A stretch of DNA of 64,000 bases. Origin: an uncultured Spirochaetota bacterium. Its GTDB lineage: Bacteria > Spirochaetota > Spirochaetia > SZUA-6 > Fen-1364. Position numbers and translations under genes: made by a program. Shown here one piece after another: positions 51,707 to 62,465 of this stretch (position 1 is the stretch's first letter; each line of letters starts with the position of its first letter). The notes beneath the pieces were generated by a model. It made no database searches. It saw only the letters and a program-made list of their open reading frames with translations, and had not been told where the DNA came from. The stretch is taken from the NCBI GenBank assembly GCA_963781885.1, contig CAWAHW010000002.1:832001-896000 (forward strand), given 5' to 3'.

Positions 51707-54700
51707 ATGCGACAGAGCCTCAAAGTAGCGATCAGTCTCCTCGCGTCTCTCCTGCTTTTTGCCGGGTTCGCCGTCCTTGCATTCTCGGGGCTTTTCACCA
51801 TCCTCCAGGCGAGCTTCTTCCTTCCCCGGATCGAGCAGGGTTACACGGCGGAGCTGCAGACCGTCGGAGCGACGATCGACTCCTTCCAGCAGGCGAACGA
51901 GGTCCGATTCGCCGCCGTGGCGCAGAAAGATTTCGTCGCGCGCACGTTCGCCGTGACGCTGGCAAGCGACACGGTGACGGCGTGGTCGGACATGGTGCGC
52001 CAGCTCGGCATCGCCGGGGTGCGTCTGCTCGGGGCTGACGGGCGGCGTATCCTCTACAGCAGCTTCCTCGACATCGACGTGAAGCAGCGCACCGCGACGA
52101 GCATCGCCTTCAACAACTACAACGAGGACAATACCGCGATTCCCGCGGACGTGCTCCAGGCGGCTTCCCAGAAGCAGCAGGTTCTCATTGATGGGGCGCG
52201 GCAGGTATTCGTCTATCCGGTCGCCGTTGCCGCCCAGGGCGCGCCCGCGGGCGCAGGGGGCACGCTCGTCTTTTACGTGTCAGTGAAGGATCTCTTTGCC
52301 CAGCTCGTTCTTTCCCGCGGCCTGCTCGTCGACCACCTCGCGCTTGTCGGCGGTAGCGGGCTGCTCGTGAACGGTCCCGCCCTGTCGCCGGCCGTGGACG
52401 ATGCGCTTGCGACGTTGTGGGCAAAGAATCCCGGGCTTGCCTCTTTCACCGACTCGCTCGTCCTCACGGGAACGGACGGGGTCTCGACGGGATACCGCGT
52501 GTTCGCCGTCCGGCTGGCCAACGGGGGGGTGGCAAGCACCATTTATCCGAACGGCCGGTTCGAGATGACGGACCTCATGAAGGGCCTGCTGCTGGCCACG
52601 TTCTTTCTCACGGTGTTCCTGCTCGTCTACCTGCTTCTCAACCTGCGCTCCGATCCGCTGGAGGTCCTTCGACAGCGGGTGAAGCGGTTCCAGATACAGC
52701 TCATCTCCGAGCTCGTGGAGAGCCCCGGCGGCGTCGATTGGGCGAAATGGCGCCGGGAGATCGAATCGCGTCGGGATGAGATCACCTGGCAGATCCAGCG
52801 GGGCATCGGCCGGGTCTCTCGCCGGCAGAAACCGGTGATCGACGACTACATGACGAAAAGCTGGGGCGAGATCATCGACCTGATCTCGCGCCGTTCCGAG
52901 GCGCCGCCGGCACCCGCGGTGGGCGCGATGGACATCACGCGCCTCGAATCGCTCATCCGCAGCGCCCTCCAGAACGCGAGCTTCGTCCTGCCCGCCGCGG
53001 CAGTCGCGCCGGCGCGAGGATTCAAGGTGGAGGAGATCAGCGCCGCCGATGTCACCGAGGCGCCCGCGGACCGCGGCGCGCCTGCCGCGGCGGCTTCGGG
53101 CCCGGCAGGCGCGCAGTCCGAGGAGGCGGTGGAGGAGCTGGAGACCCTGGAGGAGGCCGAACCGGTCGAGGAGGCTGCGGAAGCAGGCATCGAGCCGGCT
53201 GCTGCGGCCGAGGTCATTGAGGAAGCAGAGGCAGTCGAAGAGGCCGAGGCAGTCGAGGAAGCAGAGGCAGTCGAAGAAGCGGAAGCCGTCGAGGAAGCGA
53301 AGCGTCGAGGAAGCGGAAGCAGTCGAGGAAGTTGAGGCGGTCGAAGAAACAGTCGCCGAGGCCGCGCCTGCCGAGGCTGTCGAGGGAGCGGGAGTCGAGC
53401 GAGCCGAGACGGTTGAGGAAGCAGAAGCGGTCGAGGAGGTTGAGGAAGCCGAGGCCCTTTCGGCAGAAGCTGTGGAAGAGCTCGCGCCCATGGAGGAGCC
53501 GGCGTCCCCGCGGAGCGCCGAGCCTGCAATCGGCCTGGTGCCGGAGGTGGCGACTGTCGAGGAGGGCGAAGCCGCGGAGCTCGTGGAGGAGGCCAGCCTC
53601 GAGCCCGTCGCGGAGCTGGAGGAGGTCGAGGCGGAAGCACCCGCGGCATCCTCCAGCCTTGTCGACACGATGCGGGAGATCGCCGAAGGCGTGGAAGCGC
53701 CGGGGGAGGCGGAGCTGCTCGAAGAGGCAGGCACCCCCGCGGAGCACCCGACCGCCGCGCAATCGCCGGGATCAGAGGACTCTGGAATCGCAGAGCTCGA
53801 GCTTCTCGGTGACGAGGTCGCCATTCCCGCACGTACGGCGGGGCTTCTCGCGCATGGAGCCGCGGAGACGGGCGAGCTGCCGCGTGTCCCGGCAGGGACC
53901 ATCACCGACTTCGTGCAGATCCGGATTCCCCGATCGCCGGGACCGAAAGAGCCGGCGCCCGAGCTTCTTGCACCCGTGGAAGTCATCGACACGTCGACCG
54001 AGCTCCTGGAAGAGCTGCAGCCCGTGCAGGAGATCCTGCCCCTGCCGCCGGAACCGGTCGAGGAAGGCCTGGAGCTTCTCCCCGCGGCGGAGGAGGAAGG
54101 CCGGATCCGACCGAGGGAGACAGACATGACGACGTCGGATGAGCCCGAATTGCCGGAGGCGCTCCCTCCCGATACGGACGAGCTGGGCGTGGCGGAAGAG
54201 GAACCGGGGCCTGGTGCCGGAGCCGCGTCAGCGGCAGCAGTACCGTCCCGCGCGCCTTCAGCCCCGATCCCGCCTGCCCCGCCACCGTCGGCGCCGGAGG
54301 AAAACCTCGATTTCGAAGAGCTGGAGGCGGCTGATGAGGAAGAGCTGCCGACGGCCGAGTCGGCCGAAGGCGAGTCCGACGAAGAGGCGGAGCTCGAGGC
54401 GCTTGTCGCCTCCGGTACCGTTGTGTCCTGGAGCATCGACGAGCTGCGGGCAATGGTGGACGAGGCCGGCGCGGCGATCGTGATGGAAAACGGGGTGTTT
54501 CGGATCAAGCAGGAAGTCTACACCGCCGCGGAGAAGGCCAAGGAGGGCCGCGCCGAGCAGGACTTGCGCGAGATCGTTGCGGAGGTGATACAGCACGAGG
54601 CAGGCGTGCAGGCGGCCCCTCCAGGCGCAGCCGACGACCAGCCCCTGGGGGGGATCGGGGATCTCCTGCGGGACGAGGATACCATGGATCTCTCCAAGGT

Positions 54701-55220
54701 CATTGCAACGGATAAGGCTCCGCCCGCGGAAGAGGCTTTCACCGCGGATCGTGAAAAAAGCATCCCGCTGCGGCTGAAGCGGAACGGAATCGACTACGAC
54801 GAGTTCCTTGCCTCTTATCCGCGGTCGTTCACGCACACAACGCAGATGAAATCGCTCGTCGAGGTCTCGCGGCGCGTCTCCGCCGTGAGCGCAGGGGTCT
54901 TCCTGAAGAAGGTGCAGCAGTACGCGATGGATCTCACGGTCGGCCTGAGCGACAAATCGATTCCGCTGCTCCATTTTGATTCACCCGAGCCCTTTTACAC
55001 CACCTTCCTCGTGGCGCGCAAAGCAGTTGCAATCAACAAGAATCCCACGGAGGTGCGTTTCTTGAAGAAGCTTTTCGAGGAGGAGGATCTTCGGTACATG
55101 AGACACATGCTTTTCCTGCCGGCGATCTTCCGCGGCCAGGAAGCCTATCTTTGTCTTTCGTTTTCCAGCGAAACGGAGATCGCCCCCGGGGCGCTTCTCT
55201 CCAAGTTGCTCGTTCAATAA
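51707..55220 (+). CDS. Large two-TM membrane protein with a long Glu-rich region; 2-nt deletion at ~53297-53306 splits it into two ORFs
   Basis: ORFs 51644-53335 and 53049-55220 switch frame inside an EEAEAV repeat; joined length ~1170 aa. Confidence 0.75.
53219..53342 (+). repeat. Seven 18-bp tandem units encoding EEAEAV (fifth unit only 16 bp)
   Basis: GARGARGCNGARGCNGTC-type units at 53219, 53237, 53255, 53273, 53291, 53307, 53325. Confidence 0.88.
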
Positions 55221-55276
55221 ATCCCTTCGCGCAAGAAAAATAGACAACTGCTTCAAGAAACGGCAAAGCGTTTCCC

Positions 55277-55305
55277 TTGACAAAGCAAACATTCTCATCT
55301 AAGCT
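55277..55305 (+). promoter_or_regulatory. rny promoter
   Basis: TTGACA-17 nt-TAAGCT in an AT-rich spacer; SD GGAGG downstream. Confidence 0.7.
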
Positions 55306-55340
55306 ATCAATGATTATTCGAGCGTAGGTGGAGGAATGAA

Positions 55341-56870
55341 ATGAGCACATTAATGTACTTCATTCTTCCTCTTGCCGCTGCTATTCTAGGTTGGTTAATT
55401 CGATGGCTGTTTGCACGATTTCAGCTTTCGTCGGCCGAGCAAAAGGCGTCGCGCATTGTCAGCGAGGCCCTGAGAGAAGCGGAAGCGAAGAAGAAAGAGG
55501 CGATACTTGAGAGCAAGGACCAGTTGTTGCGGGAGCGCAATCAGCTGGAAAAGGAGACACGTGAGCGCCGGATCGAGCTCCAGCGCGTCGAGCGACGCCT
55601 CCTTCAGAAGGAAGAGAACCTAGAAAAACGCGTTGAGTCTCTTGAAAAGCAAGAGAAGACGATCAGCAGCCGTGAGAGGGAAGCCGTCGAGAAAGAGGCG
55701 GCGCTGCAGCAGGAAGGCGAGCGGGTAGCCGCGGAATTGGAAAGGGTCTCGGGCCTGAGCCGGGCGGAAGCAAAGAAGATGCTCGTCCAGAGCCTGGAGA
55801 ATGAGGCGCGGCACGACGCCCAGGTCACGATCAATCTCATCGAGCAGGAAGCGCGTCTGGCTGCCGACAAGAAGGCGCGCGACATCCTCATCACGACCAT
55901 CCAGAGGCTCGCCACGGACGTCGCCTCCGAAGTGACCGTGACCACCGTGAGCCTGCCCAACGACGAGATGAAGGGCAGGATCATCGGCCGGGAAGGCCGC
56001 AACATCCGCACCCTGGAGACGCTGACCGGCGTCGACATCATCATCGACGACACACCCGAGGCGGTGGTCATCTCGTGCTTCGATCCGATCCGACGGGAGA
56101 TCGCGAAGACGGCCCTCAGCCGCCTCATCTCCGACGGGCGGATCCATCCGGCCCGCATCGAAGAGATCGTGCAGAAGGTCACCAAGGAGATCGCGCAGAC
56201 CATCTATGAAGAAGGCGAGCGCGTCCTTTTCGAGGTGGGCATCCACACGATGAGCCCCGAGGCCATCCGGACCCTCGGCCGCCTGCACTATCGCACGAGC
56301 TACGGTCAGAACGTGCTGGCCCATTCCAAGGAGGTCGCCCTCATTGCGGGCATGATCGCCTCCGAGGTGGGAGGCAACGTCGAGCTTGCCAAGCGCGCGG
56401 CGCTCCTGCACGACATCGGCAAGGGCGTGGAGGCCGATGGTGACGGCAACCACATCGAGGTCGGGGTCGATCTTGCCCGCCGGCTCGGCGAGGATCCGAA
56501 GGTCCTCAATGCAATCGGCGCGCACCACGGCGACGTGGAGCCCGAGACCGTGGAGGCCGTGATCGTGCAGATCGCGGATGCGATCTCGGCGGCGCGCCCC
56601 GGCGCGCGCAAGGAGACCCTTGACAACTACCTGAAGCGCCTGGAGAACCTCGAGTCAATCGCGGAGGACTTCGACGGGGTGGACAAGGCGTACGCCATCC
56701 AGGCGGGCCGCGAGCTGCGCATCCTCGTGAACAATGAGAAGATCACGGATGACGCGGCGAAGGAGCTTGCGAAGAATGTCGCCAAGCGCATCGAGAGCGA
56801 GCTGAAGTATCCGGGCCGGATCAAGGTGACGATCATCCGCGAGATGCGCGTCATCGAGTACGCCCGCTAG
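55341..56870 (+). CDS. rny: Ribonuclease Y
   Basis: N-terminal TM, coiled coil, KH motif [16 protein letters not shown] motif LLHDIGK, AARPGAR. Confidence 0.97.
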   Translation: MSTLMYFILPLAAAILGWLIRWLFARFQLSSAEQKASRIVSEALREAEAKKKEAILESKDQLLRERNQLEKETRERRIELQRVERRLLQKEENLEKRVESLEKQEKTISSREREAVEKEAALQQEGERVAAELERVSGLSRAEAKKMLVQSLENEARHDAQVTINLIEQEARLAADKKARDILITTIQRLATDVASEVTVTTVSLPNDEMKGRIIGREGRNIRTLETLTGVDIIIDDTPEAVVISCFDPIRREIAKTALSRLISDGRIHPARIEEIVQKVTKEIAQTIYEEGERVLFEVGIHTMSPEAIRTLGRLHYRTSYGQNVLAHSKEVALIAGMIASEVGGNVELAKRAALLHDIGKGVEADGDGNHIEVGVDLARRLGEDPKVLNAIGAHHGDVEPETVEAVIVQIADAISAARPGARKETLDNYLKRLENLESIAEDFDGVDKAYAIQAGRELRILVNNEKITDDAAKELAKNVAKRIESELKYPGRIKVTIIREMRVIEYAR

Positions 56871-56879
56871 GCCGGACAG

Positions 56880-57686
56880 ATGCACGCACTGAGGGCCCTC
56901 ATCCTGGGTGACATCGTCGGTCAGCCCGGATGCAGGGCCCTTTTCGTCGGCCTGCCGGACCTCGCGCACCGCCTGGCGGCGGACATCGTGATCGCCAACG
57001 GGGAGAATGCTGCGGACGGCTTCGGCCTCACGCCCGACATCGCGGAGAGGATGAAGGCTTCCGGCGTGCACGTCATCACGACGGGCAACCACATCTGGCA
57101 GAAACGGGAGATCTACCCGCTCCTTGCGACGAGCGATACACTCCTGCGCCCCGAGAACTATCCGGTGATCCCGGGAGCGGGCGCCATCCCGGGCAAGGGC
57201 CATTGCATCGTCACCGTCCGCGACATCCCCGTCCTCGTCATCAATCTCGAAGGCCGCGTGAACCTGTCCCCGCTGCGCGATCCGATGCAGGTGGGCAAGG
57301 CGCTCGTGAAGCAGTTCCGCTCGAAGGTGAAGGCGGTCATCGTCGATTTCCACGCGGAATCGGTGGATGAGAAGGAGGCGCTCGGGCTCTTCCTCGATGG
57401 CGACGTCTCGGCGGTCATCGGCACGCACACGCACGTGCAGACAGCCGACGAGCGCATCATGCCCGGCGGCACCGCCTACATCACGGACATCGGGATGACG
57501 GGCCCCGTCGACAGCGTCATCGGAATGAAAAAGGAGACCGCAATCAGCCGCAGCCTCACGCAGATGCCCCTGAAGCTGGAAGTCCAGAACTCGCCGGCGG
57601 AGATCCAGGGCGTCCTGATCTCGATCGACGTCACAACGGGGAAAGCGATCTCGATCGAACGGGTGCGCCAGCTTTCCGCCGTCTAG
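56880..57686 (+). CDS. ymdB: YmdB-like metallophosphoesterase
   Basis: GDIVG, NGEN, TGNH, DFHAE, GTHTH, TDIGMTG; usual position after rny. Confidence 0.92.
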   Translation: MHALRALILGDIVGQPGCRALFVGLPDLAHRLAADIVIANGENAADGFGLTPDIAERMKASGVHVITTGNHIWQKREIYPLLATSDTLLRPENYPVIPGAGAIPGKGHCIVTVRDIPVLVINLEGRVNLSPLRDPMQVGKALVKQFRSKVKAVIVDFHAESVDEKEALGLFLDGDVSAVIGTHTHVQTADERIMPGGTAYITDIGMTGPVDSVIGMKKETAISRSLTQMPLKLEVQNSPAEIQGVLISIDVTTGKAISIERVRQLSAV

Positions 57687-58472
57687 ATGCCCTCGGCCCG
57701 CGTCGCTCTGCTTGACCTCCTGAAATTGCTTCATCCCGCGCGCGATGAGAAGGAGCTTTTCTCCACGATCCTCCGCGGCGGCGTGACCGTTGACGGCCAG
57801 AAGGTGGTGAAACCGGGAACGCGCGTCGACCCGGACGCCCGCATCGAGATGCGTGACGGCGCTCCATTCGTTTCCCGCGGCGGGGAGAAGCTCACGCACG
57901 CGCTGGACGCGTGGGGTGTCGCCTGTTCCGGGACGACCTGGATCGACGCCGGCTGCTCCACGGGCGGCTTCACCGACTGCCTCCTCCAGAAAGGCGCATC
58001 GCTGGTCTACGCGGTGGACGTCGGCGTGGGCCAGCTCGACTGGAAGCTGCGCGGGGACGCGCGCGTGCGTGTGATGGAAGGAACGAACATCATGGCGGTG
58101 AGCCGCGCGGACCTGGATCCCGTGCCGATGCGGGCGGTCGCCGACCTCTCTTTCCGGTCCTTGAAGGGCGCCGCGCGCCACATCCTCGGGCTCTGCGCGG
58201 AAGGGTGGGGGATATTCCTTGCAAAGCCGCAGTTCGAGCTGCGCGACCCGGGCCCTGACTTTCACGGCGTCGTGCGGGAGGGCAGCGCGCAGCGGGACAT
58301 CCTTGCCTCCCTGCTTGAAAGCCTGTCAGCGGAAGGCGTCTGCGCGCAGCGCGCGTGCATCTCGCCGCTTGCCGGAAGGAAGGGCAACCGCGAGTTCCTG
58401 CTCTTGCTTCGGGACGGGGGAGGGGAGAAGACGGACGTCGAATCGCTCCTGAACGGCCTATCCCTGGAATGA
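57687..58472 (+). CDS. tlyA: TlyA-family rRNA 2'-O-methyltransferase
   Basis: S4 domain, FVSRGGEKL, GCSTGGFTD, KPQFE, GNREFL. Confidence 0.93.
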   Translation: MPSARVALLDLLKLLHPARDEKELFSTILRGGVTVDGQKVVKPGTRVDPDARIEMRDGAPFVSRGGEKLTHALDAWGVACSGTTWIDAGCSTGGFTDCLLQKGASLVYAVDVGVGQLDWKLRGDARVRVMEGTNIMAVSRADLDPVPMRAVADLSFRSLKGAARHILGLCAEGWGIFLAKPQFELRDPGPDFHGVVREGSAQRDILASLLESLSAEGVCAQRACISPLAGRKGNREFLLLLRDGGGEKTDVESLLNGLSLE

Positions 58473-59210
58473 GGCGCGCGTGAGGGGACCGTCGATCCGC
58501 ATGCCCTCGCTGCCGAGGTATTGCACGACCTTGCCGTCGATCCTGATCTGCACCGCTTTCACCGACGGGAACTCCGTTGCCGCGTAGACGACCTGCCGCA
58601 GCTGCGCGTTCAGCGCCTCGATGCCCTGCGCGTTGAACCGGAAGCTCTCGCTGAAATCCATGACCGCCGTGTCGCCCTGCATGACCACGCTGAGAAGGCG
58701 CGCATCGGTCGGGATCATCGAGACGAACCCGAGGTTGAGCTCCTGCGGCGTCGGGCCTTTCAGGAGGCTGTCGATCGTGTCGTGGAGCGGGGAGTCGCTG
58801 GCGGGAATCGAACGGATGACGCTCTTGAGCGAAAGCTTCCCGGTGTCGTCCACGGAGGCGAAATACAGCCGCGCCTTGCGGAAGGTCGGCCTGGTGGCGG
58901 CAGCCGGCGCGGCGGTCGCGGGCGACGTGACGGGAGACGTCGCGGAAGGACCGGTCGCGGGTTCCGACCCAGTGGTCGGCTTCTGCTCGGCAGGGGAGAG
59001 CGGGGCAACAGTGACCTTCGGCGCCGGAGGCTTCCTTGCCGCGGCGGGCGCCGGCCTGCCCGTCACCTGGGCGAAAGCCGCCTTCAAGGGATCGCGCGCG
59101 GCGATTGCGACTGCCACGACCACGAGGGCCAGGCACAGCCAGAAGAGGATGCCCGCTCCGCGGTGCCGCGGGGGGCTGGATTTTTTCCGAGAGCCGGACT
59201 TGGTGGCCAT
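58458..59210 (-). CDS. GerMN-domain membrane-anchored protein
   Basis: TM anchor, Pro/Ala linker, LYF...LLKGPT..E...SMIP...QVVYAATEF..VKAVQIRIDG. Confidence 0.85.
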   Translation of the reverse strand: MATKSGSRKKSSPPRHRGAGILFWLCLALVVVAVAIAARDPLKAAFAQVTGRPAPAAARKPPAPKVTVAPLSPAEQKPTTGSEPATGPSATSPVTSPATAAPAAATRPTFRKARLYFASVDDTGKLSLKSVIRSIPASDSPLHDTIDSLLKGPTPQELNLGFVSMIPTDARLLSVVMQGDTAVMDFSESFRFNAQGIEALNAQLRQVVYAATEFPSVKAVQIRIDGKVVQYLGSEGMRIDGPLTRASFQG

Positions 59211-59309
59211 GGCGTCATTCCAATGATCGGCAGAACGTCTCGTGAGCCGAAGAGCCGAAGCGCGGCGGGCTGTACCTTGAGGCCGACTTCCCGCTATACT
59301 CGGGCCCGC

Positions 59310-61030
59310 ATGATGGAGCTCGCGGGAATCAGTGCTTCCCCCGGCATTGCGCGGGGCAAGGCCTTCCTGTTCCTGGAAGACAGGCTCTCCGTCCCCCGTT
59401 ACGACATCACGGCCTTGCAGGTCGACGCCGAGTACGACCGTTTCCTTTCCGCGCTCGACGCGGCCGCGGCCGAGGTGAAGCGTCTCGTCGCGGGGCGGGA
59501 CGGCGCGCTCTTCGAGGCCCAGCTCCTCATGTTCGAAGACCCCGAGCTCAAGGACCGGGTGCACGCGCTGCTGGGCGAGACGCGGCGCAACGTCGAGTGG
59601 GTCTTTCTCCAGATCCTGGATGAGATGAGCGGCAAGCTCGCCAAGGCGGACAGCCAGTACCTGCGGGAGCGCACGGTGGACTTCGCCGATGCCGGCAACC
59701 GCATCCTGGGCGCGCTCATGGCCCGGACCCGCATCCGCCTGAGCGACATTCGCGAGCCCGTCGTCCTTGTCACCCGCACCCTCATGCCGTCCGACACCCT
59801 GGGGCTCGACCGCGCCTACATCCTGGGCATCGCCGCCGACGGGGGGGAAAGACGTCGCACACGGCCATCCTCGCGCGCGCGAACGAGATACCCGCCGTGC
59901 TCGGTCTGTCCGACATCAGCCGCTGCGTGCACGCCGGCGACGAGATCATCGTGGACGGCAACACGGGCACCGTGATCGTCAATCCCGACGACGCCACCCG
60001 CGCGCGCTACGAGACGCGGCGGAGCGAGTGGGAGCGAAAGTACGTCATGCTGAAAGAGCAGCGCGACCTGCCGGCGGAGACCCGGGACGGGAAGCTGCTC
60101 TCCATCGAAGCGAACATCGAGACTCCCGACGAGGCTGAATCGGTGCGCGCGCACGGCGCCGACGGCATCGGCCTGTTCCGCTCGGAGTTCCTTTTCATCC
60201 AGCCGGGACGCTTCCCGTCGGAGGAAGAGCAGCTGGCCGCGTATTCCACCGTTCTCTCCGCCATGAAGGGCAGGAGCGTGACGATCAGGACGCTGGACCT
60301 CGGCGGCGACAAGGTGATGCCCGGGGTCCATCTTTCGGCGGACGACAACCCGCTCCTGGGATGGCGCGCCATACGGTTCTGCCTCGCCCGCCCGGAGGTG
60401 CTCCGCACGCAGCTGCGCGCCCTGCTGCGCGCCTCGGTGCACGGAACGCTTCGCATCATGTTCCCGCTCATCTCCGGCACGGCGGAGCTGGACGCCATCG
60501 ACCAGGTCATGCGAGAGGTGAAGGCGGAGCTCACCCGCGACGGCCATCCCTTCCGGGAGGACGTGCCCGTCGGGATCATGATCGAGGTTCCCTCGGCCGC
60601 CCTCACGTCCGACATCCTCGCCCAGCGCTCCGATTTCTTCTCCATCGGGACGAACGATCTCATCCAGTACACCCTCGCGGTGGACAGGGGCAATGAGAAG
60701 GTGGCCTACCTGTATGAGCCGTTTCATCCCGGCGTGCTGCGTCTCATCCGCATGACCATCGAAAACGCGCGGGCGCGCGGCATCCCCGTCGGCATGTGCG
60801 GCGAGCTTGCCGGCGATCCGCTTGCCACTGTCGTGCTGCTCGGGCTCGGGCTGGACAGCTTCTCCATGGGTCCCATCGGCATCCCCCTCATCAAGCGCAT
60901 CGTGCGCTCCGTGGGGATCATGGAAGCCGAGGAGCTCGTGCGCTGCCTCATGCCGATGCGCGAAAGCCGCGAGATCGAGCAGGCCGTGCATGCCTGGATG
61001 GAGGAGCATCTTGACTTCTTCTCGTGGTGA
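59310..61030 (+). CDS. ptsI: PTS enzyme I, 1-nt deletion in the G run 59841-59847
   Basis: GISASPGIA, GG|KTSHTAILAR (catalytic His), GIGLFRSEF, IGTNDL, GMCGE; restored length 573 aa. Confidence 0.92.
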
Positions 61031-61091
61031 GCGCGTCCCCCGAACGCCGCGCGCACCGGCGCAGAGGGTCGCGCGCGCGGCCCCGCCTGCG

Positions 61092-62465
61092 GTGCGTGAC
61101 GCCCCGCCGCGCCGGGTGGCGATCCTGGGCAGGCCGAATGTCGGCAAGTCGACGCTCTTCAACGCGCTCCTGGGCCGGAGGCGCGCCATCACGCACTCCA
61201 CGCCGGGCGTGACCCGCGACCCCGTGGAGGCAGAGTGCGCGATGGGCGGCAGCCGCGTGCTTCTCATCGATACGGGCGGCTATTCCACGGGTGGCGAGGC
61301 GCTGGACAACGAGGTACGGCTGCGCGCGCTCCGCACGGCGCGGGAGTCGGACCTCATCCTCCTGGTCATCGACGCCGCGGAGAGCTCTCCCCTGGACGAA
61401 GAGTTCATTCGCATTATGCGGCCCTTCTCCTCCAAGCTCCTGCTGGTCGTGAACAAGGTGGACACCCCGGACCGGGAGACGCTCGTATGGAACGCGCACG
61501 TTCACGGCTTTCCGAATGTGCTCGGCGTTTCCGCGGCGCACGCGCGCAGCCTCGAGAGGCTGAAGGAAACGGCGGCATCGATGATGGAGGGGCTTGCGGC
61601 CCGGGATGCCACGCCTGCGCCCGGGCCGCCCGCCGCGGCGCGCCCCGCGCGCCCGCCGGGGGCCGATGCCATCCGCGTCGCCATCGTCGGCAAGCCGAAT
61701 ACCGGCAAGTCGAGCCTCGCCAACCGGCTCACCGGCTCGGAGGGCTCCATCGTGTCGCCGATACCGGGAACCACCCGCGACGTGGTGGAAGGCATTTTCC
61801 AGCACGACGGAAAGACGTTCCGCATCCTCGACACGGCGGGGATACGACGCAAGAGCAGGGTCAAGGATCCGATCGAATACTATTCCGTGAATCGCGCCAT
61901 CGAGAGCATCGCGCACGCCAACCTTGTCTTTCTCACCATCGATGCCCGGGAAGGGATCGTCGACCAGGACAAGAAGATCGCCGCCCAGGCGGTCAAGGAG
62001 GGCCGGGGCATCGTCGTCGTGCTGGGAAAGTGGGACCTCCTGAAAGACACACCCGGCCTGCGCGAGGAGGCGAGTGAGAACGTGCGGTTCCAGTTTCCCG
62101 TCATCGGCTTCGCGCCCATCGTGCCCGTCTCCGCGCTCACCGGCTACGGCATGCACGGCCTCCTGGACACGGCACAGGAGGTCTGGCGCCAGCTCCATCT
62201 GCGCGTCGGCACGGGGAAACTGAACCAGGCGCTGGAGTCGTGGGTGGAGCATTACCGGCTGCCGGTCCGCGGGAAGAATTACAAGATACGGTTCGTCACG
62301 CAGGTGAGCGCGAATCCGGTGCGTTTCGTCGCGTTCGTCAACCGCCTGGCCGGCTTCCCCAAGGGGTACGGCCAGTACCTTGAAAACTGCATCCGCAGGG
62401 ACCTGGGCTTCACGATGGTGCCGGTGTCCATCGAGTTCACGCAGAGCAAGAAGACGGCGCGATGA
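61092..62465 (+). CDS. der: Ribosome biogenesis GTPase Der (start uncertain)
   Basis: Two G domains: GRPNVGKS/DTGG/NKVD and GKPNTGKS/DTAG/GKWD, plus KH-like C-terminus. Confidence 0.95.
   Translation: MRDAPPRRVAILGRPNVGKSTLFNALLGRRRAITHSTPGVTRDPVEAECAMGGSRVLLIDTGGYSTGGEALDNEVRLRALRTARESDLILLVIDAAESSPLDEEFIRIMRPFSSKLLLVVNKVDTPDRETLVWNAHVHGFPNVLGVSAAHARSLERLKETAASMMEGLAARDATPAPGPPAAARPARPPGADAIRVAIVGKPNTGKSSLANRLTGSEGSIVSPIPGTTRDVVEGIFQHDGKTFRILDTAGIRRKSRVKDPIEYYSVNRAIESIAHANLVFLTIDAREGIVDQDKKIAAQAVKEGRGIVVVLGKWDLLKDTPGLREEASENVRFQFPVIGFAPIVPVSALTGYGMHGLLDTAQEVWRQLHLRVGTGKLNQALESWVEHYRLPVRGKNYKIRFVTQVSANPVRFVAFVNRLAGFPKGYGQYLENCIRRDLGFTMVPVSIEFTQSKKTAR

Noticed and set aside
55221-55340. 6S RNA or foreign AT-rich insert before rny
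   Set aside because: Only 120 nt, explained by a promoter and SD; no long rod structure
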